DNA of 64,000 nt from Candidatus Latescibacterota bacterium (GCA_965207885.1 OZ242311.1:2240001-2304000); one strand, 5' to 3'; shown: positions 1 to 8,400, numbered from the stretch's first letter. Numbers and translations are program-made. Notes: generated by a model from the sequence alone, not told the origin.

Positions 1-297
1 ACCTGCTAAACGTCTATAAACAACAGGTCTTGACATTTTCATAAGTTTATCAAGTTCACTATTCGAGAATTCTCGGTTGACAAGATCGACCCTTATTTTC
101 TCGATTGAATCACGTCTCGCATCTCCTGTCGGTCTAAATTCTACCTTGTTGTCGTCACGACCATTCCAACACATCGAATATACTGCACATCCTAAGACGA
201 AGAGGATGATACTCTTACCGAAACATCCGATTCCTTCAGATTCGGTTTCAGTCGTATTTTCATTCTTGTTCTCAGTATTCTCAGATTGATTGCTCAT
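1..297 (-). CDS. Hypothetical membrane-anchored protein, partial (runs off the left edge)
   Basis: Not in the ORF track. ATG at 297 follows AAGGAG. The frame is open to the window edge: MSNQSENTENKNENTTETESEGIGCFGKSIILFVLGCAVYSMCW..., with one hydrophobic stretch. Confidence 0.7.
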   Translation of the reverse strand, partial: MSNQSENTENKNENTTETESEGIGCFGKSIILFVLGCAVYSMCWNGRDDNKVEFRPTGDARRDSIEKIRVDLVNREFSNSELDKLMKMSRPVVYRRLAG

Positions 298-355
298 TGG
301 ATTACTCCTTAAAATGCTTGACTTGATTGATTCCATTGCATATCGTAACGAACAA

Positions 356-387
356 GGACGGTATTCCAATTTCTCGGAACACCGTCC
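356..387 (-). terminator. Hairpin downstream of ORF 407-1030
   Basis: GGACGGT-A-TTCC-N8-GGAA-C-ACCGTCC inverted repeat, 20 bp after the stop codon. Confidence 0.45.
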
Positions 388-406
388 CTGCGACTTAGTT
401 CGTTCC

Positions 407-1030
407 TTAGCTCATTGAGAATTCATACAATGGTATGAGCTTATCAAACTCGCTAAGAATGTTCTGGACGCCTAACGGATTAGCTGGCTCTTTATTCAGA
501 TTGAAGAATGATATAAAGTTGCCATCCTCGATCCATTCGTCATTGATGATAGGATCGCCAGCTTTGACGATTATATCTTGCCTCGGTTTAGTCAATCCTA
601 AGCGGTAGTTCTCAAATCCGCTACTGAACCGTTCAACGAATTGATTAAACCTTACGATCCTCGGTCGCATTCGACCCAATATGCTACGACCTCGCACAGT
701 ATCGAGAGAGAATGCAAGACCGTACTCGATATAGTTACCGTCTCTCTGGTCGAGAAATTGAACGTTAAACTGGCATTCGTCACGTCCGCCCCAATGATAG
801 GCGTAATCCTTCTCCTGATTTTCGTGACGATCAAATTGAAAGATTCCAGAACCAGCTTGACAGCCTAAGCCTCTCAAATGTTTTCGAGTGCGTTGGAGTT
901 GGGCTATTCGATAGCCATACCAAGCATCGTGATCGAGGGCTTCCGCAACTTCAGAAATATGATTGTACAAGGTAAATTCCTTTCTTTCGTTCCCAACGTT
1001 TGAAAGGTTACGATACGGAGTGATCAGCAC
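407..1030 (-). CDS. Hypothetical protein (207 aa)
   Basis: Long ORF in AT-rich DNA with a GTG start after GGAG; no motif recognised with confidence. Confidence 0.7.
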   Translation of the reverse strand: MLITPYRNLSNVGNERKEFTLYNHISEVAEALDHDAWYGYRIAQLQRTRKHLRGLGCQAGSGIFQFDRHENQEKDYAYHWGGRDECQFNVQFLDQRDGNYIEYGLAFSLDTVRGRSILGRMRPRIVRFNQFVERFSSGFENYRLGLTKPRQDIIVKAGDPIINDEWIEDGNFISFFNLNKEPANPLGVQNILSEFDKLIPLYEFSMS

Positions 1031-1110
1031 AATCGCTCCGTATCATTTATAAATAGAAAACGCATTTCTATAACTGGTTGTTTCTATGCCACTTACGCCA
1101 AAAATCAAGG

Positions 1111-1252
1111 TGTCGGGCATTTGTCAACGACCACAGTATAGTAATGCGGATGTCCTGCTTATTCGCCAGTCAAGGGAGCTACCCTCAACTTGTCTCCATT
1201 GGCTATTTTATTTAGCAGATACCCGACAAGACGGGTACTGTGCATCGTTGAC
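1111..1252. ncRNA. Candidate structured non-coding RNA
   Basis: Closing stem GTCAACGA-C-CACAGTA (1123-1138) pairs with TACTGTG-CA-TCGTTGAC (1236-1252). Several internal hairpins and an alternative 1111-1123/1216-1228 pairing. Confidence 0.4.
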
Positions 1253-1290
1253 GCTATAAATATACTCTATTACTTATTAGGTCACTGGAG

Positions 1291-2142
1291 TTACCCCGTT
1301 TTAGTGGATAGTGTAGAACTTTCAACCCCGTCACCTTTTGCCATCAGTTTTTCATAGGTGATGGGCGATTGGTACCTGATCGCAGAGTGTCTGCGGTGTG
1401 GGTTATACCACCCTTCAATATACTCGAAGATAGACAGTTTGGCCTGATTATGATTGGGGAAGCTATGCCGGTCTATCAACTCGCATTCAAGGGTAGCAAA
1501 GAAGCTTTCACACAAGGCATTGTCAAAGCAATCGCCAACCGATCCGACAGAGGGTTTGACCCCCATTCTTGCACAGCGTTGACCAAAGGCATAAGAGGTA
1601 TATTGAGCGCCTTGATCTGAATGATGGATGACCCCATCTGGTCGTCGGTTCCAAAGTGCCATATCCAAGGCATCTAAGACCAGTTGGGTCTTCAGATGCG
1701 AGGCCATTGCCCAACCAACTACGCGTCTGGAGAAGGCGTCGAGAACAACAGAGAGATACAAAAAGCCAGACCAGGTTTTTATGTAGGTAATATCAGCGAC
1801 CCACAGCTTGTTGGGCTTATCAACCCTAAAGTCTCGCTTAACCAGATCAGGGGCTTTCTCGTCTGTGATAGACCGGTATGTAGTCAGGATACCTTTTCTT
1901 CGGCTCACACCACATATATTGGCTTGTCGCATCAGTCTTGCGACCCGTTTCTTGCTGATGTGGACACCTACTTCGCGCAGATCCTGAAAGATACGCGGTG
2001 CGCCATAGGTTCCATTAGAACGCTGATGAAAGGTGCTTATTTGTTCTGTTAACTTTTCATCGTCCTTTGCCCGTTTAGATAAAGGTCTATTACACCAGGC
2101 ATAATACCCACTGGTGGAGACACCCAGCACGCGGCATAGCAT
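1291..2142 (-). CDS. IS3 transposase OrfB (rve DDE integrase core), in the -1 frame relative to OrfA
   Basis: WVADITY, HHSDQGAQY and DNALCESFF motifs. Confidence 0.95.
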   Translation of the reverse strand: MLCRVLGVSTSGYYAWCNRPLSKRAKDDEKLTEQISTFHQRSNGTYGAPRIFQDLREVGVHISKKRVARLMRQANICGVSRRKGILTTYRSITDEKAPDLVKRDFRVDKPNKLWVADITYIKTWSGFLYLSVVLDAFSRRVVGWAMASHLKTQLVLDALDMALWNRRPDGVIHHSDQGAQYTSYAFGQRCARMGVKPSVGSVGDCFDNALCESFFATLECELIDRHSFPNHNQAKLSIFEYIEGWYNPHRRHSAIRYQSPITYEKLMAKGDGVESSTLSTKTG

Positions 2143-2171
2143 GGTGATCGGATGGATGGCCTGATGCGCCT

Positions 2172-2483
2172 TTATGTATCTGAAGATTTTGGGGGTATCG
2201 CATCGGTCTCCGCTGCGAACCAGGCCGCGGCTTTTGCAAGGATCTCACGCTCTTGACGCAAGCGTTTATTTTCTTTGCGAAGCCGCTGAAGTTCTTCTCG
2301 CTCACGACTGGTCAACCCATCGTCCCGACGGCCTTCATCGCGGTCTGCTTGACGCACCCAGGCACTGATCGTCTGAGCGGTCGGCTCAAACTCTTTGGCC
2401 AAATCGCTGGCACTACGGCCTGATCTGACCAGCGCGACCATTTGCTGGCGAAATGCTGATGGATATGATCTTTTTCTTCCCAT
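2172..2483 (-). CDS. IS3 transposase OrfA (HTH)
   Basis: Typical OrfA sequence ending ...LRQEREILAKAAAWFA. Confidence 0.93.
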   Translation of the reverse strand: MGRKRSYPSAFRQQMVALVRSGRSASDLAKEFEPTAQTISAWVRQADRDEGRRDDGLTSREREELQRLRKENKRLRQEREILAKAAAWFAAETDAIPPKSSDT

Positions 2484-2593
2484 TGCGGACTCCTTTCTCT
2501 GAAAGAGATAAGTTGTCCACTAAAACGGGTCAAGTCCACACAACATCTTTTCCTCCTTTGCTCTAATTCAACTTAACAATTCCTTGTAACGGG

Positions 2594-3511
2594 CTAATCC
2601 TTTTCCTGTTGTTCTCGCTCATATCCCCAATTCGGCATCAACTCATAAGCAGTCAAACTATGACACAAGAAATTGTAAAAGACTCTATCTCTGTTGTAAA
2701 ATCTGTGATTGTATTTGTAACAGTATTCAGCCAGATAGTACGGAGCGTTGTCCTCGCTATAATGATGATGAGTTCCTTTCAGAGCTTTCTTCATAAGTCT
2801 CCAAAATCCCTCAATCGTGTTAGTGTGAATACCGTTTGTAAATCCCTTATCTTTTCTCGTCATTATCCTATGATTGACAATTTCATTGACTCTACTATAA
2901 GATTTGAAATTATCAGTGATAAGAGTTGACCCTTTAGGATTGATTGATTCCTCTATGAAACGTCTAATCGTCCGACCTGAAACATCGCTGACAATCCGCG
3001 TAGCAACCCGACCTTCTCTTTCAACAATGCCAAGTAGCTTGAGTTTGTTAGCTCCTCGACCTTGTTTAGTTTCCTTGCCTATCTTAATATCAAGATACGT
3101 TTCGTCAGCTTCGAGTATGCCAGACAACTTTTTAAATTCCAGAGACCAGTATTCCTCTTTAAGAAATTCCTGCCGTATTCTCATCTGGATGCTATACGCT
3201 GCCCTCTGTGTTATTCCAAGATGCTCTGCCATTTCGTTACTTGACAAACTGCTCCTCGATATTAACATTTGACGTATAGCCTCGAACCACAATTCTAAAG
3301 GATAACCTGTCCCTGCAAACAACGTTCCAGAAAGAACATTGAAACTACTCCCGCAATTATAGCAATTCCAACGTCCTATGAGATTGTTCTCCCGTTTTCG
3401 AGAAACGTTGAAATGACCGCAATGAGGACAGTATTCTACTTCTTTATAGCGAATGTCCTCAAGATACTTGATATAGTCGGCTTGTTCGTTAAGACCTTTA
3501 ATTCGTTTCAT
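2594..3511 (-). CDS. IS1595-family transposase
   Basis: N-terminal Zn ribbon (CPHCG...CYNC), HTH, and the catalytic motifs EADETY, LITDNFKSY, HTNTIEGFW and YLAEYCYKYN. Confidence 0.92.
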   Translation of the reverse strand: MKRIKGLNEQADYIKYLEDIRYKEVEYCPHCGHFNVSRKRENNLIGRWNCYNCGSSFNVLSGTLFAGTGYPLELWFEAIRQMLISRSSLSSNEMAEHLGITQRAAYSIQMRIRQEFLKEEYWSLEFKKLSGILEADETYLDIKIGKETKQGRGANKLKLLGIVEREGRVATRIVSDVSGRTIRRFIEESINPKGSTLITDNFKSYSRVNEIVNHRIMTRKDKGFTNGIHTNTIEGFWRLMKKALKGTHHHYSEDNAPYYLAEYCYKYNHRFYNRDRVFYNFLCHSLTAYELMPNWGYEREQQEKD

Positions 3512-3751
3512 TGCGCTAAACCTTTCAGATAGTGGAATGGATTAAAGCCAGGTTGGGAGGCGAGTGCCGTCGCCTCCCTTCCGTTTCCAGTTCCGTTTCA
3601 ATAGGGTAAGCCCACAAAAGGGCAAAATTCAGTTAGAATTTGCAAACTTAATTAACAAAATACTAATTTATTCGTCATATATCCCTAATCCGTATTATTC
3701 TATAAGCAGTAACAATTATCATTTTAGCGACCTTTAAGGAGGTGATTGTCT

Positions 3752-3895
3752 GTGTCAGATAGTAAACGTCCAACACCAGCCGAGCAAGAAATTGAAAAGA
3801 AACTCAATCCAGATTCTCAGAAATCTGAAGAACGTTCCGAGATTAGCGAAGCTAAGAAATTGATCGACAAGGAGATCGAATCAGATAAAAAGTAG
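3752..3895 (+). CDS. Small charged hypothetical protein (47 aa)
   Basis: Below the ORF-track cutoff. Full-length SD TAAGGAGGTGA precedes GTG. MSDSKRPTPAEQEIEKKLNPDSQKSEERSEISEAKKLIDKEIESDKK; followed directly by a hairpin. Confidence 0.7.
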   Translation: MSDSKRPTPAEQEIEKKLNPDSQKSEERSEISEAKKLIDKEIESDKK

Positions 3896-3897
3896 AA

Positions 3898-3939
3898 AAG
3901 GACAAGGTCATATAACACGTAGGTTTTGACCTTGTCCTT
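3898..3939 (+). terminator. 13-bp perfect hairpin
   Basis: AAGGACAAGGTCA-N16-TGACCTTGTCCTT immediately after the stop at 3895. Confidence 0.6.
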
Positions 3940-3983
3940 GATAAATTTAGACACTTTGAACACTTTGGCAAGGATAAATTGAC

Positions 3984-4190
3984 GTGGATAAACCAGTATA
4001 TAAATTCTTTACCGTTACCCCTTTTGACCAAAAGCGTCCTGAAGATGTATTAAATGAGTATTACGAGGAAGGGTATAGAGTTGATACGATGACCACAAAT
4101 CGTCACGTATATCCAGAGGGCACTGATCTTGCAACTCATCCTATCGTATTTCACTATCACATAGTTATGAAGCTCAAAGATTCAGACTAA
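3984..4190 (+). CDS. Small hypothetical protein (68 aa)
   Basis: AAGGA SD before GTG; converges on the immunity gene. Confidence 0.6.
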   Translation: MDKPVYKFFTVTPFDQKRPEDVLNEYYEEGYRVDTMTTNRHVYPEGTDLATHPIVFHYHIVMKLKDSD

Positions 4191-4197
4191 TAAAACG

Positions 4198-4485
4198 TCA
4201 TAGCTGATCTTCCTGTTTTGGCTGATACCTCTTGATGATATGATGCTCGATGTGATCCAGTTCTATCTCTACACCTTCACTGTCTTGGTTCTGTGTCTTT
4301 TCAGTCGCTCGTCGTGCGCTCATTGCCAATGCAACACACCAGCCGATGAGTGTCCAGCCCAATAAGAAGTTTATCCAGAAGATACCAACGACGTTATGAC
4401 ATCCACGAACCAGTGCGATGATGAAGGGCACAAAGTAGATTGCCAAAGTGGCAAGGCTGACCCATACATCTAATTCACCTTCCAT
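4198..4485 (-). CDS. Superinfection immunity protein (T4 Imm-like)
   Basis: YFVPFIIALVRGCHNVVGIFWINFLLGWTLIGWCVAL matches the Imm signature YFxPxxxAxxRxxxNxxxIFxxNxxLGWTxIGW. Confidence 0.88.
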   Translation of the reverse strand: MEGELDVWVSLATLAIYFVPFIIALVRGCHNVVGIFWINFLLGWTLIGWCVALAMSARRATEKTQNQDSEGVEIELDHIEHHIIKRYQPKQEDQL

Positions 4486-4495
4486 CGCAAACCTC

Positions 4496-4690
4496 TTATT
4501 TGGAGTCGTTTAGCCATCCACGTTTTCTATCTGCAATACACGCGGCAAGCGATATGATTAAAATAATTTGATCTTTCGTAAAATCTGAATCCATCAATTT
4601 TTGTTTGAAAGAGTGCGATCCTATGTGAACACTTGGAGAACCGAATGTCTCAAGAATTTTTACAATTTCTTCAACTTGTTCTCGATTCAT
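4496..4690 (-). CDS. Small hypothetical protein (64 aa), paralog of 4794-5000
   Basis: AAAGG SD; shares the LxDSxFxKxQxxxxIxxAxxIA pattern. Confidence 0.65.
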   Translation of the reverse strand: MNREQVEEIVKILETFGSPSVHIGSHSFKQKLMDSDFTKDQIILIISLAACIADRKRGWLNDSK

Positions 4691-4793
4691 TTTAATTCGC
4701 CTTTCTCCGTTGAGTAGGTTAGTTGTTTTGATCTGGTTTTCTTATGCCAATTATATCTGAAACTACGTGCCGTGTCAATGCCCTTTTATTAGT

Positions 4794-5000
4794 TCAGCGA
4801 TTCCCGTTCCCATATTCTTTGTTAAGTAAAACAAGAGACCGTGCGATGTGTTCAGCTATCACAATAACTCCCATTGCCTGTTCCTTGCTAAATTTGGAAT
4901 CCTCCAGAAACTCTCTGATTTCCCATATATACTGAGGTGGGATATTTGTAAATTTTTCCTCGACAAATCCTGTCACGTAATCAAGTTCTTGTTTTGTCAT
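4794..5000 (-). CDS. Small hypothetical protein (68 aa), paralog of 4496-4690
   Basis: AAGGAGGT SD; same motif. Confidence 0.7.
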   Translation of the reverse strand: MTKQELDYVTGFVEEKFTNIPPQYIWEIREFLEDSKFSKEQAMGVIVIAEHIARSLVLLNKEYGNGNR

Positions 5001-5178
5001 TACCTACCTCCTTCTTGTAGCGTTTCCATCTTCGCTTTTTATCCCACTTTGCAAATGCTTCGAGTCTCTCATCTTCAGTCTCATCTGGTAGAACGAGACA
5101 ACCCAAAGACCAACAAATAATCAATAACATCATTACGCAAAAGATAAAGCCCATAAGATACAGCCAGAATGTAAACAT
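4981..5178 (-). CDS. Small single-pass membrane protein (65 aa)
   Basis: GAGGA SD, hydrophobic N-terminus and basic tail; overlaps the next gene start. Confidence 0.6.
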   Translation of the reverse strand: MFTFWLYLMGFIFCVMMLLIICWSLGCLVLPDETEDERLEAFAKWDKKRRWKRYKKEVGNDKTRT

Positions 5179-5372
5179 CTACAACAATCTCCTCTTTAAT
5201 AAGACGGTCGATATAAGTTTATTAACCATTTGTATCACTTAAACTTATATACTCGGTAGTTGCAGTCAATTATTTCTAATTGCAGGCTTGCGCCTTCGTG
5301 CAAGCGAGGTTGTTTAGTCACGGAGGCATATAATGGCTGAGGACAAATGTAGGGCTTGGATTGCTGATTGTG

Positions 5373-5564
5373 TTACTGTCCGATCTTCTCAAGTAGAGAT
5401 TCCGCAAGAGATCGTGCTTGATTATCGTCAAGCGGCAAGAAAAAACCATCTTCTGGAAAAGAACGAGGCTTATTTATACTGGCCGAAGAAACGTGAATAA
5501 AGATATTTCCAGATTCATCATCTACAACATTTATTGTTACTTTAAATCGTTGATACTCTTTCAT
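5373..5564 (-). CDS. Small hypothetical protein
   Basis: AAAGGA SD before ATG 5564. A competing antisense ORF at 5333-5500 also has an SD. Confidence 0.45.
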   Translation of the reverse strand: MKEYQRFKVTINVVDDESGNIFIHVSSASINKPRSFPEDGFFLPLDDNQARSLAESLLEKIGQ

Positions 5565-5708
5565 TCTAAATCCTTTCTTTGAACAACCTCGCATCGCAAT
5601 ATATCCCTCCAATTATCGTTGTCAATAAATTTGTTCTTGACATTCTCCGTTATCTCCTATAAACTCGAAATTCACATTAATTTCAACTAATTTATAGGAG
5701 AATAACTT

Positions 5709-6380
5709 TTGAATAAAACAATCCTTGCAGAGTTTAATAGATTGGAGAAACAAGCTAAAGAGGTCATTGCTTCTAAATATACATATAGAAGTCCTCATAG
5801 TAGTCGGGAAGGAACGGATCACGTTAATTATACTCTGTTTAATTTGTTTACATCGTCTCTCTTATCTTTTATAGACAAGTTCTACGGATCAACTCACATA
5901 TACTACTCTGAAGTTAAAGCAAGGTCGTCTGATTCTTACTCGAATGCAGAGATAAATGTCGGCATTCTTAAAACTATTAGAGAAGAATTTGAGTCAGGAT
6001 TCTTTACGTTAGACCTCAGAAGTTTAATCGCTGAGGAGATATTTTCAGATTACTTAGAAATGTCGGAGCATCTACTTAAGAAGGGTTACAAAGATGCCGC
6101 TGCTGTGATAATCGGCAGTTCCTTAGAAAGTCATCTACGTCAGCTATGTGTTGCTAACGAAATGTCTCTGACAGATGATAGAGATAGAATCAAGACTGCT
6201 GGCAGACTCAATGATGAATTACATAGAAACGAAGTTTATGGTGGACTTTATCATAAGCAGTTATTGGGCTGGTTAGAGATACGCAACAATGCCGCTCACG
6301 GTCATTATGACAAGTATAATAGAGATCAAGTCTCACTGATGTTGCAAGGCGTCACCAACTTTATTTCCAGTAACCAGTAA
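5709..6380 (+). CDS. HEPN-domain protein (DUF4145-like), putative RNase
   Basis: GYKDAAAVIIGSSLESHLRQLC helix and the C-terminal Rx4H motif RNNAAH; AGGAG SD. Confidence 0.8.
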   Translation: MNKTILAEFNRLEKQAKEVIASKYTYRSPHSSREGTDHVNYTLFNLFTSSLLSFIDKFYGSTHIYYSEVKARSSDSYSNAEINVGILKTIREEFESGFFTLDLRSLIAEEIFSDYLEMSEHLLKKGYKDAAAVIIGSSLESHLRQLCVANEMSLTDDRDRIKTAGRLNDELHRNEVYGGLYHKQLLGWLEIRNNAAHGHYDKYNRDQVSLMLQGVTNFISSNQ

Positions 6381-6547
6381 ATTCCCTCCAAATTCAGTTT
6401 TTCACTCAAAAGCCTCACAAGTCTATCCCTACCGATTACAGGCTTTCTAAGCCTGTCACTGGATAACCTAAAATCTATGTTCTTACAATCTATTGCTACA
6501 CAATGGATTAGAAAGAAAGCCCCTCAAGGCTTATTTCCTTAATTTTT

Positions 6548-7270
6548 TTAAATACCAATCCGCTTTGGAAAGACAGTTACCCCCCAATTCACATACTGGT
6601 CTCGCTCCTCAGGCGTCTCGGCGCTCATGCCCACTCTCACTTGTGTGTCTTTTACCTGATCGAGTACGTGTTTTACGCAGTCTTCCACCGTCCGATATGG
6701 AAATTGGGGATGCGCCTCAATGCTGAACATCAGATCGTTTGGTCCAAAGTTCAATACATCTACTCCTGGTTTAGCTAACTGTGCAGCATTGATTACTGCT
6801 TCAACAGATTCAATCTGAATTGCCAACCACCCATACGTATTCCACCAGGGAGCGTATTCCAACCGATCTGGCCGCTCGTCCAGTCCCACCCTATGTATGC
6901 CACCCCAACTGCGTTTTCCCATCTGGGGATAATAAAAGGCGTTTACGGCTTCATCTACAATTGCCTCGCTTTCTACTTCAGGTACCATAATCCCCGAAGG
7001 TCCCAAATCGAGATAATTGCCGATCAGATAGGCGTGGAGGGTGTGCTTAATCCGAATCTGAACGGGCAAATTCAATTCCCGGGCCATTATGCAGAAAGCC
7101 ACCAGGTGGGCTTCGTTAAAAGGCCCGTGTTGTGCATCTACATTTAGATAGTCACATTCGTGTTGTGCCAGAATATCAGTTAGTTCTCCCTTTTCAATAT
7201 CCATTGGCACGCCAATAGAATTTATTATTTCACCATTCCGAATCCGCTGTTTTAGAGTTTTTTGCGACAT
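6548..7270 (-). CDS. HpcH/HpaI aldolase family protein
   Basis: DAQHG, LDLGPSGIMVP, IQIES and FGPNDL motifs. Confidence 0.88.
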   Translation of the reverse strand: MSQKTLKQRIRNGEIINSIGVPMDIEKGELTDILAQHECDYLNVDAQHGPFNEAHLVAFCIMARELNLPVQIRIKHTLHAYLIGNYLDLGPSGIMVPEVESEAIVDEAVNAFYYPQMGKRSWGGIHRVGLDERPDRLEYAPWWNTYGWLAIQIESVEAVINAAQLAKPGVDVLNFGPNDLMFSIEAHPQFPYRTVEDCVKHVLDQVKDTQVRVGMSAETPEERDQYVNWGVTVFPKRIGI

Positions 7271-7284
7271 TATACACCTCTTGT

Positions 7285-8388
7285 TCAGTCCAGACTGTAG
7301 AGTTCCCGGGCATTTTCTGCCATAATTTGTTTTTTGACTTCTCGATCCGATACATTGCTCAGTGCCTGGTCGGGCGAATCAAAATCCCAGTGCGGATAAT
7401 CGGTTGCAAACATCAGTTTGTCGTCCATGTCCATGTGCGCCAGCATCTGCTCGAAATACGCCGGGTCTGAAGGCTCTTCTACCGGCTGTGTGGTCAGATA
7501 GAAATGATCCCGGATATATTCCGAGGGCAAGCGCTTTAAATAGGGCACTTCCATCTTGAGTTTTCGGTACCAGTTATCCATCCGCCACATCAAAGGTGCC
7601 ACCCACCCAAAGCCGCCTTCGATCAGAACGATTTTTAAGTCGGGAAATCGTTCGAATACGCCTTCGTACACATAGCTCGTTACCTGCGCCTGAAATGCCA
7701 TGGGCATCCCGCCGTGATCCTGAATATAATGCGCGGCCTTGCCCGCGCCCGTAATTGGGCCAATACCCGTGCCGCCAAAGTGAATGCCGATGGGGAGGTC
7801 GTAGTCAACGGCTGCTTCGTAAATTTTCCAGTATTTACGGCGGCCCAGTGGCTCCATTGTGCGGGCCATGAACATCAATTGTACAAATCCCGGGTGATCG
7901 CCCAGGCGTTCAATTTCAGCGACGGCGAGATCGGCGTCTTCATACGCGACAGTCAGGGATGCACGCAATCGCTCATCTTTTTCCAGCCATTCGGCTATTT
8001 GCCATTCATTTACCGCCTGTGCAATTGCCGCTCCGTATTCCAGGTTTTGCTGTCCCCCAGCAGGCGATAGCGGGTTCAATATGCCGTAGTCCATTTCCCA
8101 AGTATCCAGCAATTGTTCCTGCATAAAACCCAGATGTGATCCCGGTGGTCCTTCGGGGGGAAACGCATCATTTCGTGCGGCAAAGGGCACGGCTCTCGGA
8201 CAATTGGACCCGGATCGTCTGCGCCCTGCAATGCTCAGATGGTAATCTTTCCAAGCGCTGGGCATATAATCTACCCAGACCTCAGTGGCGGGAGATTGAT
8301 AGCCATCTACATTGTGAATATCGCAATCGATTACCGATAGCTTTTCTCTCTTTTTGACCTCTGGCTCTTCTAAAATAGTCATCGCCAT
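7285..8388 (-). CDS. Amidohydrolase family (Amidohydro_2) protein
   Basis: IDCDIH, IGIHFGG, LIEGG and FATDYPHWDFD motifs. Confidence 0.9.
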   Translation of the reverse strand: MAMTILEEPEVKKREKLSVIDCDIHNVDGYQSPATEVWVDYMPSAWKDYHLSIAGRRRSGSNCPRAVPFAARNDAFPPEGPPGSHLGFMQEQLLDTWEMDYGILNPLSPAGGQQNLEYGAAIAQAVNEWQIAEWLEKDERLRASLTVAYEDADLAVAEIERLGDHPGFVQLMFMARTMEPLGRRKYWKIYEAAVDYDLPIGIHFGGTGIGPITGAGKAAHYIQDHGGMPMAFQAQVTSYVYEGVFERFPDLKIVLIEGGFGWVAPLMWRMDNWYRKLKMEVPYLKRLPSEYIRDHFYLTTQPVEEPSDPAYFEQMLAHMDMDDKLMFATDYPHWDFDSPDQALSNVSDREVKKQIMAENARELYSLD

Positions 8389-8400
8389 AGCGGTATCTCC

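Larger units (their letters stand above)
1286..2538 (-). mobile_element. IS3-family insertion sequence (1253 bp), intact
   Basis: Imperfect terminal IRs TGGAGTTACCCCGTTTTAGTGGATA / TGGACTTGACCCGTTTTAGTGGACA; 3-bp TSD CAC (1283-1285, 2539-2541); orfA and orfB. Confidence 0.95.

Noticed and set aside
77-289. 70-aa plus-strand ORF
   Set aside because: Antisense to a better supported minus-strand gene (1-297) that has a clear SD.
1111-1252. HEARO/omega RNA or retron msr-msd identity for the structured element
   Set aside because: GTCAAC ends are suggestive, but no IscB, TnpB or reverse transcriptase is nearby and the family cannot be assigned by eye.
1-6470. Prophage
   Set aside because: No integrase, terminase, capsid, tail or replication genes are visible; only small accessory ORFs. 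It cannot be excluded beyond the left edge.
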